Shown here: one piece after another, positions 40,321 through 59,800 of the stretch
Position numbering within the stretch: position 1 is the first letter of the stretch
How the letters are laid out: the number at the start of each line of letters is the position of its first letter
Assembly: GCA_963761335.1 (NCBI GenBank)
Contig: CAVXGR010000016.1
Coordinates: 332,608-396,607 of the forward strand
Origin: an uncultured delta proteobacterium
GTDB taxonomy: Bacteria > Desulfobacterota > Binatia > HRBIN30 > BPIQ01
Length of the DNA stretch: 64,000 bases
Direction of reading: 5' to 3'
Program-made: the position numbers and the translations under genes
The notes under the pieces: model-generated
What the model saw: the letters and a program-made list of their open reading frames with translations, nothing else
The model's database searches: none
Told to the model about the DNA's origin: nothing

Positions 40321-40725
40321 ATGGGCGCGGAAAAGGAGACGGGCGGAAGGCGAGGCGCGACAGGCGCCGAGCCAACGCGGAAGAGCGGGAGACGCACCTC
40401 TCGACGGCCTGCCCCGGCAACGTTCCACTATCCGACCTTCGACGCCGATTACCGGTTCGACGTAGACGGGCTCCTCGACATTCTCCGCGACCTGGGCTCT
40501 CTCCTTCCGCTCCGGGCCAGGCGCATTCATCGCGACCGCCTCGAGGTGATCGAGCGGCGGCTCAGAGATGCGGCGAGCGTGATCTGCGGCGCCGAGGACC
40601 GGCCGAAGTACGACACCGACGGAGTCGCCCCTCCGGTAAACAGAAATCGCCGGACGACTTCGCGACGCCGGGAGCAGGTTCCTCTCCTTCCAGATCCTTC
40701 CACGAGAGGAACGGTGAGGTGGTGA
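40321..40725 (+). CDS. Hypothetical protein
   Basis: ORF with a protein-like helical core (FDVDGLLDILRDLGSLL...LEVIERRLRDAA); no recognised motif. Confidence 0.35.
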   Translation: MGAEKETGGRRGATGAEPTRKSGRRTSRRPAPATFHYPTFDADYRFDVDGLLDILRDLGSLLPLRARRIHRDRLEVIERRLRDAASVICGAEDRPKYDTDGVAPPVNRNRRTTSRRREQVPLLPDPSTRGTVRW

Positions 40726-40931
40726 GGAGCCCTCTTCCAACCAAATGCAGGCCCTCGAGCCCGTTGCCGCGGCGGACACCGAGTCTGTCAACCGTTGTCG
40801 GGTCTGTGTGCTACCAAGAGAGTTGAAATGAGGGGACCCACCAGCGGCGCAAGAGTCAAAGGCAACACGTGGGCAGCACTGCCAGGCCGCCAGCGGGCTC
40901 CCGTGGATGCATTGGGCAGCAGGCGACCTCG

Positions 40932-44088
<3,157 letters not shown>

Positions 44089-44092
<4 letters not shown>

Positions 44093-44678
44093 AAGCGCTG
44101 TTTGCCGCGGCCAAGGAGGTGTTTGACTGGCTGGATGGCCACGGCGTTCGAGGTTGTTTGATCGGTGGTCTCGTGGTGCAGCGCTGGGGGGAACCCCGCC
44201 TGACTCATGACGTGGATCTGACTGTGCTGGGTGAGATCGGTGGCGAGGAGCGTATCATCGACATTTGCCTTGAAGGCTTTCGGGCCCGCATCGAGGACGC
44301 CCGCGCGTTCGCTTTGCGGCAGCGCGTCGTCCTCCTGTCTGCAAGCAATGGTGTGGAGGTGGACGTGGCCCTCGGGGCCACGTCCTTCGAGATGGAATGC
44401 CTCGATCGTGCGACGCCCTACGAGTTTGAGCCAGGCTACACACTGCCCACCTGCTCCGCGGAGGACCTGATCATCCACAAGGTAGTTGCCGCTCGTCCGC
44501 AGGACATTCCCGACATCCGAGGGGTCGTGAACCGGCAGTTCCGTAATCTGGACCTCGCACGTATTCGGCATTGGTTGAAGGTGTTTGCCGAGGTGAAGGA
44601 AGATCCAGATTTGCCGCGGCCGTTCGAGGAAGCACAGAAGGCTGCAGAAGCCGCCGCTAGGAAGCGGAAGAAACCGAG

Positions 44679-44682
<4 letters not shown>
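44089..44682 (+). CDS. Nucleotidyltransferase-fold protein (AbiEii/DUF6036-like)
   Basis: LIGGLVV...PRLTHDVDL and EDLIIHK...RPQD..DI motifs. Confidence 0.78.
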
Positions 44683-49925
<5,243 letters not shown>

Positions 49926-50138
49926 TCGAGTGATCGCCGGTTGACTTTTCGATGATCCGATCATGAGGTCGCCGCGCGTTGCCGGCACATGCTGATGCAG
50001 CGGTCCGGCACCGAGCGCTTGGAGATGGGACGCCGATGGTCGGTTCCGCGCACGTCATGCGCGCCAGCGATTTGAGCCCTCGGGGGCACGTTGACCGCCC
50101 GCGTCTGCATTGGATAGAAGAGTCGCTCCGAAAATCCC

Positions 50139-53138
50139 ATGCCCCTCGTCTTCCTGCCCGACCGCCGTGAGCTCTTCCTCTGGGGAGAAGGCCAGGCCGT
50201 GCGCGGCTCGAACGGTCTGGCGTCGCACGGTAAGCCGGCTGCCGCCACCGTCATCGCCCCGAACAAGCGGGCGGAGGTCGACGGGGTCGCGCTGCCGCTG
50301 TTCGAGACCGTGGCTCGTCTCGCCGTGATCCCGGCGGCCGACCTTCCGGCGCTGTCCGGCTCGATTGCGACCTGGGCGCTGGCGAGCAAGCTCGCTCTGG
50401 ACCTGGTCAGTCGAGAACGAGTGGTGCCGACCGTGGCTCGCCGTGAGGCGGCAGTGGAGGCGCGGTGGGGCGCGGCCCTGTCGGCTGCGGAGGACGCCTC
50501 GCAGGTCGCTGCCATCGCCCGCAGCATGCCGCCCTCGGCCCACGCCGTATCGGCGCCCGGTGGTCGCGATCGGGAGGTCTGGGCGCCCGAGGCTCTCCTG
50601 CGGGCTTTTCTGGACGCCGCCGTCGATGCACTGGTGCGCGCCGCGCGCGGCGCTCCCGACCTGCCGGCGCCGGAGCGGCCACGACGCAAGCGGCACGACG
50701 ACGACTACACGGCGTGGGAGCAGCGCTGGCGCGCGGCCCTGGAGGGAAGCGACGGTACGTTCGAGGCCGCAGGCTTCGCCGAGCGAACCCTGGCCGAAGA
50801 TCTCCGCCGGTGGAGCCAGCCGGCCCTCGGCGCCGGTGACCGCCTGCGGGCCTGCTTCCGCTTGGAGCTGCCCGAGACCGATCGCGACCCCTTCACGCTT
50901 CGCTTCCTGCTGCAGTCGCCGGACGACCCCAGCCTGCTGGTCCCTGCGGCCGAGGTGTGGAGCACCCGGGGCCGCAGCCTCGCCAAGCTCGGTCGCGCCT
51001 TCCGCGATCCCCAGGAGTCCCTGCTCGAAGCGTTGGGCCGCAGCGCGCGGCTCTTCGCGCCGCTGGCCGCGGCGCTCGCCGAAGCCAGGCCCGAGGCGCT
51101 CGCCCTCGATGCCGCCGCCGCGTGGGCATTCTTGAGCGAAGGGGCGCCGGCGCTCGCCGAGGCGGGCTTCGGGGTCATCGTTCCGGCCGAGCTGACCGCC
51201 GCTGGTCAACGCCGGCTCCGCTTGCGCATGCGCGTCGGTTCGACCACCAAGGTCGCCGGCGCGGTGGCCGGCGCCGCCGGCCTCGGGCTCGACGAGCTGC
51301 TCTCCTTCGAATGGGAAGCCGGACTCGGCGATGCACCGCTCTCCGCACGTGAGCTCCAGGCGCTCGCCAGGCGGAAGGCACCGCTCGTGCGCCATCGCGG
51401 CCACTGGGTGGCCGTGGATCCGCACGAGCTGGCGGAGATTCGCCACCGGCTGGCCACCGGCGCCGGCAAGATGACGGTCAGGCAAGCGCTGGTCGCCGCA
51501 CTGTCCGGTCAGACCCGCCACGACGGCATGAGCGTGGGCGTGTCGGCGGCCGGCCGGCTCGCCGATCTCATCGAGCGGCTGCGCGCCGGCGCCGGCGCGC
51601 CCGCCGAGGCTCCGGCGGCGTTCCGCGGCGAGCTGCGGCCCTACCAGAGGCGCGGACTGGCGTGGCTTGCGACCATGAGTAGGCTCGGCCTCGGCGCCTG
51701 TCTGGCCGACGATATGGGTCTCGGCAAGACGATCCAGCTCCTCGCCTTCCTGCTGCACCGGCTCGAGATCGCACCCGGCGACAAACGCCCGGCGCTGCTC
51801 ATCGCCCCGACCTCGGTGGTCGGCAACTGGGAACGCGAGATCGAGCGTTTCGCGCCGAGCCTGACGGTCGTTCGGCACTACGGCACCGAACGCGCGCGCC
51901 AGGCCGAGGAGATTCCGCTGCGGTCCGGCATGCTGGTGCTGACCAGCTACGGCCTGTTGCGCCGCGACATCGAGCTGCTTTCGAGCATCGGTTGGTCGGC
52001 AGCCGCGCTCGACGAGGCGCAGAACATCAAGAACGCCGCCTCCGCCACCGCCCGGGCCGCGCGCGCGCTCGATGCGACGTATCGCTTCGCGCTCACCGGA
52101 ACACCCGTGGAGAATCGCCTCGCCGAGCTGTGGTCGATCTTCGAGTTCACCAATCCCGGCTTGCTCGGGCCGCTGGAAACATTCCGGCGCGAGTACGCCG
52201 TGCCCATCGAACGCTACGGCAACGACGGTGCCGCCGAGCGCCTGCGCAAGATCGTGAGTCCGCTGCTCCTGCGGCGGCTGAAGAGCGACCCGACGATCAT
52301 CTCCGACCTGCCGCCGAAGAACGAGATGAAGGTCATCTGCACGCTGACACGCGAGCAGGCGAGCCTGTATCAGGCGGTCGTCGACGAGGAGATGCGCCGC
52401 ATCGAGTCAGCCGGCGGAATCGAGCGGCGCGGCCGCGTGCTGGCGCTGCTCCTGTTTCTCAAGCAGATCTGCAACCACCCGGCGCAGTACCTGGGCGAAG
52501 CGGGCCCGCTCCCCAAACGTTCGGGCAAGCTGGCGCGCCTGTCCGAGATGCTCGAAGAGGCGATCGCCGCGGGCGACAAGGTGCTCGTCTTCACCCAGTT
52601 CCGCGAGATGGGCGACCGCCTCGTCTCCCATTTGCGCTCCATGCTCGGCGTCGAGGTCGTCTTCCTGCACGGCGGCACACCGCGCCAGGCGCGCGACAGT
52701 ATGGTGCGCCGCTTTCAAGAGGAACCTTGCGGCCCGCGAGTGTTCGTCCTGTCGGTCAAGGCCGGCGGCACCGGTCTCAACCTGACCGCCGCGAGCCACG
52801 TCTTCCACTTCGACCGCTGGTGGAACCCGGCGGTCGAGGACCAGGCGACCGACCGCGCCTATCGCATCGGACAGAAGCGCGCCGTGCAGGTGCACAAGTT
52901 GATCTCCGCCGGCACCGTCGAGGAGAAGGTGGACCGACTTCTGGAGCACAAGCGCGACCTCGCCTCGAAGGTCGTAGGTAGCGGCGAGAGCTGGATCACC
53001 GAGCTGGGCAACGACCAGCTGCGCGAGCTCTTCTCTCTTGCGCCCGGCGTCGTGGTCGCCGGCGACGACGACGGCGAAGGCGGCAGCGCCGGCGCGACGC
53101 CGCGCGCGCGCGCACGCACCGCGGAGCTGCCCGCATGA
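50139..53138 (+). CDS. SNF2-family helicase-like ATPase
   Basis: LRPYQ, LADDMGLGKT, DEAQNIKN, LTGTPVEN, SGK, LSVKAGGTGLNL, WWNPAVEDQATDRAYRIGQ. Confidence 0.95.
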   Translation: MPLVFLPDRRELFLWGEGQAVRGSNGLASHGKPAAATVIAPNKRAEVDGVALPLFETVARLAVIPAADLPALSGSIATWALASKLALDLVSRERVVPTVARREAAVEARWGAALSAAEDASQVAAIARSMPPSAHAVSAPGGRDREVWAPEALLRAFLDAAVDALVRAARGAPDLPAPERPRRKRHDDDYTAWEQRWRAALEGSDGTFEAAGFAERTLAEDLRRWSQPALGAGDRLRACFRLELPETDRDPFTLRFLLQSPDDPSLLVPAAEVWSTRGRSLAKLGRAFRDPQESLLEALGRSARLFAPLAAALAEARPEALALDAAAAWAFLSEGAPALAEAGFGVIVPAELTAAGQRRLRLRMRVGSTTKVAGAVAGAAGLGLDELLSFEWEAGLGDAPLSARELQALARRKAPLVRHRGHWVAVDPHELAEIRHRLATGAGKMTVRQALVAALSGQTRHDGMSVGVSAAGRLADLIERLRAGAGAPAEAPAAFRGELRPYQRRGLAWLATMSRLGLGACLADDMGLGKTIQLLAFLLHRLEIAPGDKRPALLIAPTSVVGNWEREIERFAPSLTVVRHYGTERARQAEEIPLRSGMLVLTSYGLLRRDIELLSSIGWSAAALDEAQNIKNAASATARAARALDATYRFALTGTPVENRLAELWSIFEFTNPGLLGPLETFRREYAVPIERYGNDGAAERLRKIVSPLLLRRLKSDPTIISDLPPKNEMKVICTLTREQASLYQAVVDEEMRRIESAGGIERRGRVLALLLFLKQICNHPAQYLGEAGPLPKRSGKLARLSEMLEEAIAAGDKVLVFTQFREMGDRLVSHLRSMLGVEVVFLHGGTPRQARDSMVRRFQEEPCGPRVFVLSVKAGGTGLNLTAASHVFHFDRWWNPAVEDQATDRAYRIGQKRAVQVHKLISAGTVEEKVDRLLEHKRDLASKVVGSGESWITELGNDQLRELFSLAPGVVVAGDDDGEGGSAGATPRARARTAELPA

Positions 53139-54220
53139 GTCGCTGGAACGATTGGGGCCGCTACACGTCCCCACCGAAGCGCACTCCGCCCAAGCGCGGC
53201 ATCAAGATGAAGAAGGCCGGCTCGACCTGGTGGGGAAAGCGCTGGGTGGAAGCCTTGGAGCGGATGTCGCTCGGCTACTCGAGCCGGCTGTCGCGCGGGC
53301 GAACCTATGCTCGGGCGGGGCGCACCCACGACCTCACGGTCAAGGCCGGTGAGGTGGCGGCGAAGGTCACCGGTTCGCGCGCGACTCCGTACAAGGTGCG
53401 CATCACCTTGGCGAAGCTGCCCGAAGCGGTATGGACCAAGGCGATTGCCGCGATGGCAAGCAAGGCTCAGTTCGCTGCCGAGCTGCTCGCCGGTCAGATG
53501 CCGCAGGAGATCGATGCGGCGTTCAAGGAAGCGGGGGCGAGTGTCTTCCCGGCCAGGGGGGCGGATCTGAAGACGAGCTGCAGCTGCCCGGACTGGGCGA
53601 ACCCGTGCAAGCACGTGGCGGCCACGCACTACGTGCTCGGCGAAGCTCTCGACCGCGACCCGTTCTTGCTCTTCGAGCTGCGCGGGCGCGCCAAGGAGCA
53701 GGTGCTCGAGGCGCTGCGTGCCGCGCGCGCCGACGTAGGCGGCGGCGTCGCCCCGGCACCCGCCCGCCGGGGCAAGTCCGCCGGGGCGCACGGCGATGAA
53801 GCTCCGAACGTCTCCCTCGGGAAGCTCGCGCCCGCCGACTACGACCGGCTCCGCGGGCCGATGCCGGCGCTGCACCTGACCTTCGAGACACCGCCGGCTC
53901 CGGGAGCGGTGCTCGCGCAGCTGGGAACACCGCCCGCATGGTCGCGCGACACCTCGCCCGTCGAAATGCTCGGGCCCATTCTCAGCGCCGCCGCGGCAGA
54001 GGCGCGGCGCTTGGCATTGGCCGAGCCGGTAACGCCTCCGGAAGCCGCCGGGGACAGTCGCAAGGCCGCTGGCACGCCCGCGTCGGCGAAAGCGAACGGA
54101 GCGGCCGCCAAGAAGGGCAGAGCCGCGAAAGCCTTGCCCGCGGGCCGAGCGAAGGTCGGGGCGGCCTGGCGCACGGTCCGCAAGTCGTCGCCGCGCCCGC
54201 GGGCGCGCGACCAGTCGTAG
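53135..54220 (+). CDS. SWIM zinc-finger protein
   Basis: RLSRGRTYAR, VTGSRATPY, CSCPDWANPCKH; ATGA overlap with the SNF2 gene. Confidence 0.92.
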   Translation: MSRWNDWGRYTSPPKRTPPKRGIKMKKAGSTWWGKRWVEALERMSLGYSSRLSRGRTYARAGRTHDLTVKAGEVAAKVTGSRATPYKVRITLAKLPEAVWTKAIAAMASKAQFAAELLAGQMPQEIDAAFKEAGASVFPARGADLKTSCSCPDWANPCKHVAATHYVLGEALDRDPFLLFELRGRAKEQVLEALRAARADVGGGVAPAPARRGKSAGAHGDEAPNVSLGKLAPADYDRLRGPMPALHLTFETPPAPGAVLAQLGTPPAWSRDTSPVEMLGPILSAAAAEARRLALAEPVTPPEAAGDSRKAAGTPASAKANGAAAKKGRAAKALPAGRAKVGAAWRTVRKSSPRPRARDQS

Positions 54221-54455
54221 CGCGGCGGAGCGCGATCTGGCTCCAGGCTTCCCGGAGGTGCCGCGGGATGTGCCAATGAGCCTCTCTCGCACTGCGAGCG
54301 CACCGAGGCAGGACCACCCGTGACGGCCCCCGCCGTCCGAAATTGTGCGCCGGGAGTGAGCAAGCTCTGTCACTGCGCGCCGAACCAAAGACACTCTTTG
54401 TTGCTGCCGCCGTGGCGCGCGACTTGCGTGTCAACCGGGCCGGAACAGTGCCTCG

Positions 54456-54761
54456 ATGCCGCGCAATACCTACCTCGTCTGTTACGACATCTGTGACGAC
54501 AAACGCCTGCGGACGGTGTTCAAGACCATGCGCGACTTCGGGGATCATCTGCAGTACTCGATCTTCGAGTGCCAGTTCACCGAGACGGATCTGGTCCGCT
54601 GCCGTCACGCGTTGAGCGAGATCATCGACCACCACGACGATCAGGTGCTGTTCGTCGACCTGGGCCCGGTCGAGGGGCGCGGCGAACGCGTGATCACCGC
54701 CCTCGGCAAGTCCTACTCTTCCATCGGCAGTCCCTGCATCGTCGTCGACGGAGAGGAGTGA
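54456..54761 (+). CDS. cas2: CRISPR-associated Cas2
   Basis: YLVCYDICDDKRL...LQYSIFEC...DQV. Confidence 0.95.
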   Translation: MPRNTYLVCYDICDDKRLRTVFKTMRDFGDHLQYSIFECQFTETDLVRCRHALSEIIDHHDDQVLFVDLGPVEGRGERVITALGKSYSSIGSPCIVVDGEE

Positions 54762-54764
54762 GCC

Positions 54765-56600
54765 GTGCCTTCCGATCCCATCACGAAGCCAGCATCGGTG
54801 GCAGCCCGCCTGCCGCCGCGTCCAGCTCGGGCGCGAGTCGCGGTGCCCGAGTACCTGCCGGCGCGCATGCTCAACGAATTCGTCTATTGCCCCCGCCTTT
54901 TCTTCTACGAATGGGTGGAGGGTGTATTCGTCCACAGCGCCGACACCGTCGAGGGCGCGCTGCGGCACGAGAAGGTCGAGACCAAAGTCGATCCATTGCC
55001 CTCGGCCGATGCAGCCGATGGCACCATCCACTCCCGCTCCGTCGAGCTCTCCAGCGAGACGCACAAGCTGATCGCCAAGATCGATCTCGTCGAGGGTGGG
55101 GGTGGCGCAGTCTGTCCCGTCGACTACAAGAAGGGGGTCCCGCGCGACGGCGACGACGGCCCGGAGGCCTGGCCCGCCGACCGGGCCCAGGTGTGCATGC
55201 AGGCGCTGATCCTGCGCGACAACGGATACCGGTGCGACGAGGCCGTGCTGTACTACAGCGCCACCAAGCAGAGGGTGCGAGTGCCGATCGACGAGATGCT
55301 GGTGGTGGAGACGACGCAGGCCGTGGCGTCGGCCCGTGCCATCGCCTCGTCGGGGCGGATTCCGCCTCCGCTCGCCGACAGCCCGAAGTGCCCGCGCTGC
55401 TCCCTGGTCACCGTGTGCATGCCGGACGAGACGGCACTGTCCATGCTTCTGCCCGGCGAAGCTGCCGAGCCGCGGCAGCTTCCGCTCTTCGGTGAAGACA
55501 GCGAGGAGGAAGCTGCACCTCCCGTGGGTGGGTCGTTCGAGGGCCACGTCCGCCGTTTGGTTCCGGCGCGTGACGACCTGCGTCCTCTCTACGTCACCGG
55601 CCATGGCCTCACGATCGGCAAGACCGGCGAGGTGCTGCAGGTGCGCGAGTACAAGAGAGGCAAGCGGGGGAGCGAGCTGGTCCAGGAGGTGCGCGTCGGC
55701 GAAATCTCGCAGGTGAACCTGTTCGGCAACGTGCAGCTCACGCCGTCCGCGCTACAGGGGCTGTGCTGGAGCGAGAAGCCGATTGCGCACTTCTCGTTCG
55801 GAGGCTGGTTCTACGGTCTCACGCAGGGGCTGGGCCTGAAGAACGTCTTCCTCCGCCGTGAGCAGTTTCGCCGCGCCGAGGATCCGCTGTTCTGCTTGCG
55901 CGTGGCGCGCGACATCGTAGCCTCGAAGATCCGCAACCAGCGCACGCTGCTGCAGCGCAACCACATCGAGTCGCCGCCCCTGACACTGCGGCGCATGAAG
56001 AGGATGGTCGAGGCAGCGCGCGCCGCCTCGGATCTCGACGAGCTGCTCGGTATCGAGGGCAGCGCCGCGCGCTTCTACTTCGAGAGCTTCGCGGGGATGA
56101 TCAAGACGGAAGACGAGGATGGCTGCAAGCGGTTCGACTTCGAGCACCGCAACCGGCGCCCGCCGCGCGATCCGGTGAATGCGCTGCTGTCGTTCGCCTA
56201 CTCGCTGCTGGTGAAGGATCTCGTCGTCGTTTGCCACTCGATCGGCTTCGACCCGTTCATCGGCTTCTACCACCAGCCGCGCTTCGGCCGGCCGGCGCTG
56301 GCTCTCGACCTGATGGAGGGCTTCCGGCCGCTGGTGGCGGACTCGGCGGTGCTGACGGCGCTCAACACGGGCATGGTGGGACCGAAGGACTTCATCCGCG
56401 TCGCCGATGCCGTGGCCCTCACGCCGGCCGGTCGCAAGGGCTTCCTGCGCGCCTACGAGCAACGCATCGACACGCTTGTCACCCATCCGCTGTTCGACTA
56501 CCGTGTCACCTACCGCCGCGTCTTCGAGATCCAGGCCCGCCTGCTGGCGCGCTTCGTCGGCGGCGAGATCAATCGATTCCCCGGCTTCGAGACCCGATAG
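54765..56600 (+). CDS. cas1: Cas4-Cas1 fusion
   Basis: Cas4: YCPR, KIDLVE, DYKKG, CPRCSLVTVC; Cas1: GIEGSAARFYF, RRPPRDPVNALLSFAY, GFYH, LDLMEGFRP. Confidence 0.95.
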   Translation: MPSDPITKPASVAARLPPRPARARVAVPEYLPARMLNEFVYCPRLFFYEWVEGVFVHSADTVEGALRHEKVETKVDPLPSADAADGTIHSRSVELSSETHKLIAKIDLVEGGGGAVCPVDYKKGVPRDGDDGPEAWPADRAQVCMQALILRDNGYRCDEAVLYYSATKQRVRVPIDEMLVVETTQAVASARAIASSGRIPPPLADSPKCPRCSLVTVCMPDETALSMLLPGEAAEPRQLPLFGEDSEEEAAPPVGGSFEGHVRRLVPARDDLRPLYVTGHGLTIGKTGEVLQVREYKRGKRGSELVQEVRVGEISQVNLFGNVQLTPSALQGLCWSEKPIAHFSFGGWFYGLTQGLGLKNVFLRREQFRRAEDPLFCLRVARDIVASKIRNQRTLLQRNHIESPPLTLRRMKRMVEAARAASDLDELLGIEGSAARFYFESFAGMIKTEDEDGCKRFDFEHRNRRPPRDPVNALLSFAYSLLVKDLVVVCHSIGFDPFIGFYHQPRFGRPALALDLMEGFRPLVADSAVLTALNTGMVGPKDFIRVADAVALTPAGRKGFLRAYEQRIDTLVTHPLFDYRVTYRRVFEIQARLLARFVGGEINRFPGFETR

Positions 56601-56801
56601 GTACAGACGAGATGGCCGAGACACGCGCGAGCGGCGAGGTGACCGCAAAATGCCGGCTGCCGCTCGCGCCACGGAAACCCCTGCCTGGCAAAGGGTTGCG
56701 CGCATCGGCCGGCAGCGCTAAAGCACCCATGCGCGTCAGCGCCTCCGCCGCTCGCAAACGGGCGGATTGGTCATTGAAAATCGGGACGTTGAGAATGAAG
56801 C
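56601..56801 (+). promoter_or_regulatory. CRISPR leader
   Basis: Non-coding 200 bp between cas1 and the first repeat, more AT-rich near the repeat; the degenerate repeat is at the opposite end. Confidence 0.75.
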
Positions 56802-59800
56802 ACTTCCGCGGTCACATGACCGCGGCCCCATTGAAGCGCCGCCGCCCTTGCGTGCGCCCGGCTCCGGAATCCTGCCACTTCCGCGGTCACATGACCGCGG
56901 CCCCATTGAAGCCCGGCCTGCACGGTTATCTCGATGAGCGCGTTGATGACTTCCGCGGTCACATGACCGCGGCCCCATTGAAGCGTGCCCGTGCCGCAGG
57001 ACCGCACGAAGTCTCCGGCCTACTTCCGCGGTCACATGACCGCGGCCCCATTGAAGCTGAGCGCGCCGCTCGAATGGCCCCGATGCGCAGCGATGACACT
57101 TCCGCGGTCACATGACCGCGGCCCCATTGAAGCCCGATCACCGAAGCGCCTTGCTTCATGAATCCGGGCACTTCCGCGGTCACATGACCGCGGCCCCATT
57201 GAAGCCGCGCTTGGGGCGCCGAATGTCCTGACGGCATGGTCCCGACTTCCGCGGTCACATGACCGCGGCCCCATTGAAGCACGGCCAGATCACGGAGCCA
57301 ACTGTGCCGCGGCGAACTTCCGCGGTCACATGACCGCGGCCCCATTGAAGCGACTTCGCCCCCACTGTCCTGGCCGTGCTCGTTGCGACTTCCGCGGTCA
57401 CATGACCGCGGCCCCATTGAAGCCTCCTTCCCTTCTTTTGCAAGAGCGGACCCAACTCCTACTTCCGCGGTCACATGACCGCGGCCCCATTGAAGCCCGA
57501 TGTTGTTCCCCGCCGGCACGAGCACCCGGTCGCGCGACTTCCGCGGTCACATGACCGCGGCCCCATTGAAGCCGCCCTCGTACCAGGCGCTGGGGCCCGG
57601 TGCGCACGACTTCCGCGGTCACATGACCGCGGCCCCATTGAAGCCAGGACACGCCGGAGGGGGACGAGCTGCGCCTCACCGTGCGACTTCCGCGGTCACA
57701 TGACCGCGGCCCCATTGAAGCGCCTTCGCCATGACCCGCCCTCTCCGAAAGAATTTAACTTCCGCGGTCACATGACCGCGGCCCCATTGAAGCAGCGCGT
57801 CGTCGTACCGCGCCCGGGCGTCCTCCATGACTTCCGCGGTCACATGACCGCGGCCCCATTGAAGCCGGCCCGGCTCTCCCAGGCAGGCGCGGAGTAGTGC
57901 GCGACTTCCGCGGTCACATGACCGCGGCCCCATTGAAGCCCTGATGCCGGCTTGGATGATGGCCCGCGCACAATCCGACTTCCGCGGTCACATGACCGCG
58001 GCCCCATTGAAGCCCGTGTCTTAAGTAAGGGGGGCTCCGCGTCGGCCCCACTTCCGCGGTCACATGACCGCGGCCCCATTGAAGCGAGGGGCAGGCGCCC
58101 CGGGCCCTCATACCCCGCACCCACTTCCGCGGTCACATGACCGCGGCCCCATTGAAGCGAGCCGAGGATATAGCCGTCGTCCGTGTCGGCGGTGATACTT
58201 CCGCGGTCACATGACCGCGGCCCCATTGAAGCCCGGTCATCCTGCTCGACAAAGCGTCGGGTGGCACAACTTCCGCGGTCACATGACCGCGGCCCCATTG
58301 AAGCGCCATTGGCCGTCTCCTTGAGCTTCGCGTAGGCGGACTTCCGCGGTCACATGACCGCGGCCCCATTGAAGCTCCGGCCAGCGCCGCGCCCATGTCT
58401 CCGGCACCATACTTCCGCGGTCACATGACCGCGGCCCCATTGAAGCCACACGGCGTAACGGGCAACGTAGCGCCATCCCTCTCACTTCCGCGGTCACATG
58501 ACCGCGGCCCCATTGAAGCCACGTTCCGCCCATCACGTCACCTCCTCCTCAGCTGGAACTTCCGCGGTCACATGACCGCGGCCCCATTGAAGCAACACAT
58601 CGCCTGGGCAGCAGATCTATGCACCGCTTACTTCCGCGGTCACATGACCGCGGCCCCATTGAAGCCGGCACAAGCTGCTCTGCGACGGCCCGACGTTCTC
58701 GGACTTCCGCGGTCACATGACCGCGGCCCCATTGAAGCTGCCCTGGCGTCCCGTGCATGTCGGTCAGCACGACAACTTCCGCGGTCACATGACCGCGGCC
58801 CCATTGAAGCTGGGACTGGTCGGGGATGTGGTCGGGGGACGATGTGACTTCCGCGGTCACATGACCGCGGCCCCATTGAAGCGCGCAGGCCCCGCAGGTG
58901 CCGAGCAGACTCTCGTCGACTTCCGCGGTCACATGACCGCGGCCCCATTGAAGCCAGCGTCAAGGGCGGAGCCGATGGCGGTGGCTAGGCACTTCCGCGG
59001 TCACATGACCGCGGCCCCATTGAAGCCGGGCGACGGCGCCGGCGTACCACGCCGAGTAAGGGCCACTTCCGCGGTCACATGACCGCGGCCCCATTGAAGC
59101 GGTCATGATTGCCGCGGCGTGCTCGTCGTCTCCATGTGACTTCCGCGGTCACATGACCGCGGCCCCATTGAAGCTACCAGCACGGTCACAGTGACTCCCA
59201 GCATCACTGAGACTTCCGCGGTCACATGACCGCGGCCCCATTGAAGCTTGTTTAGGGGGGAGCTAGGCTGGTATGGGTGGGCTGACTTCCGCGGTCACAT
59301 GACCGCGGCCCCATTGAAGCGCTCCCTGAAGCGCACGGTTCGTGGATGCTCCTGCGTCACTTCCGCGGTCACATGACCGCGGCCCCATTGAAGCTCCGCC
59401 TTCGGCACCGGCCTCCGCGTCTGGGGCAAACTTCCGCGGTCACATGACCGCGGCCCCATTGAAGCCGGGGTGGGACGAACCGGGCCGGCAAGGGGGATAA
59501 GTAGCGAACTTCCGCGGTCACATGACCGCGGCCCCATTGAAGCGCCGGCGACCCGTCGAGGTACATCCGCGACGTGCTCGACTTCCGCGGTCACATGACC
59601 GCGGCCCCATTGAAGCAATCCGAATGCGACGAGCCCCGCCATGTCGATCAAACTTCCGCGGTCACATGACCGCGGCCCCATTGAAGCACGTACCTCCATA
59701 CATCCTGCAGCGTGGTTCCCGCTAACTTCCGCGGTCACATGACCGCGGCCCCATTGAAGCTGTCTCTTCGTTCCGTACCGTTCCGTACCGTACCGACTTC

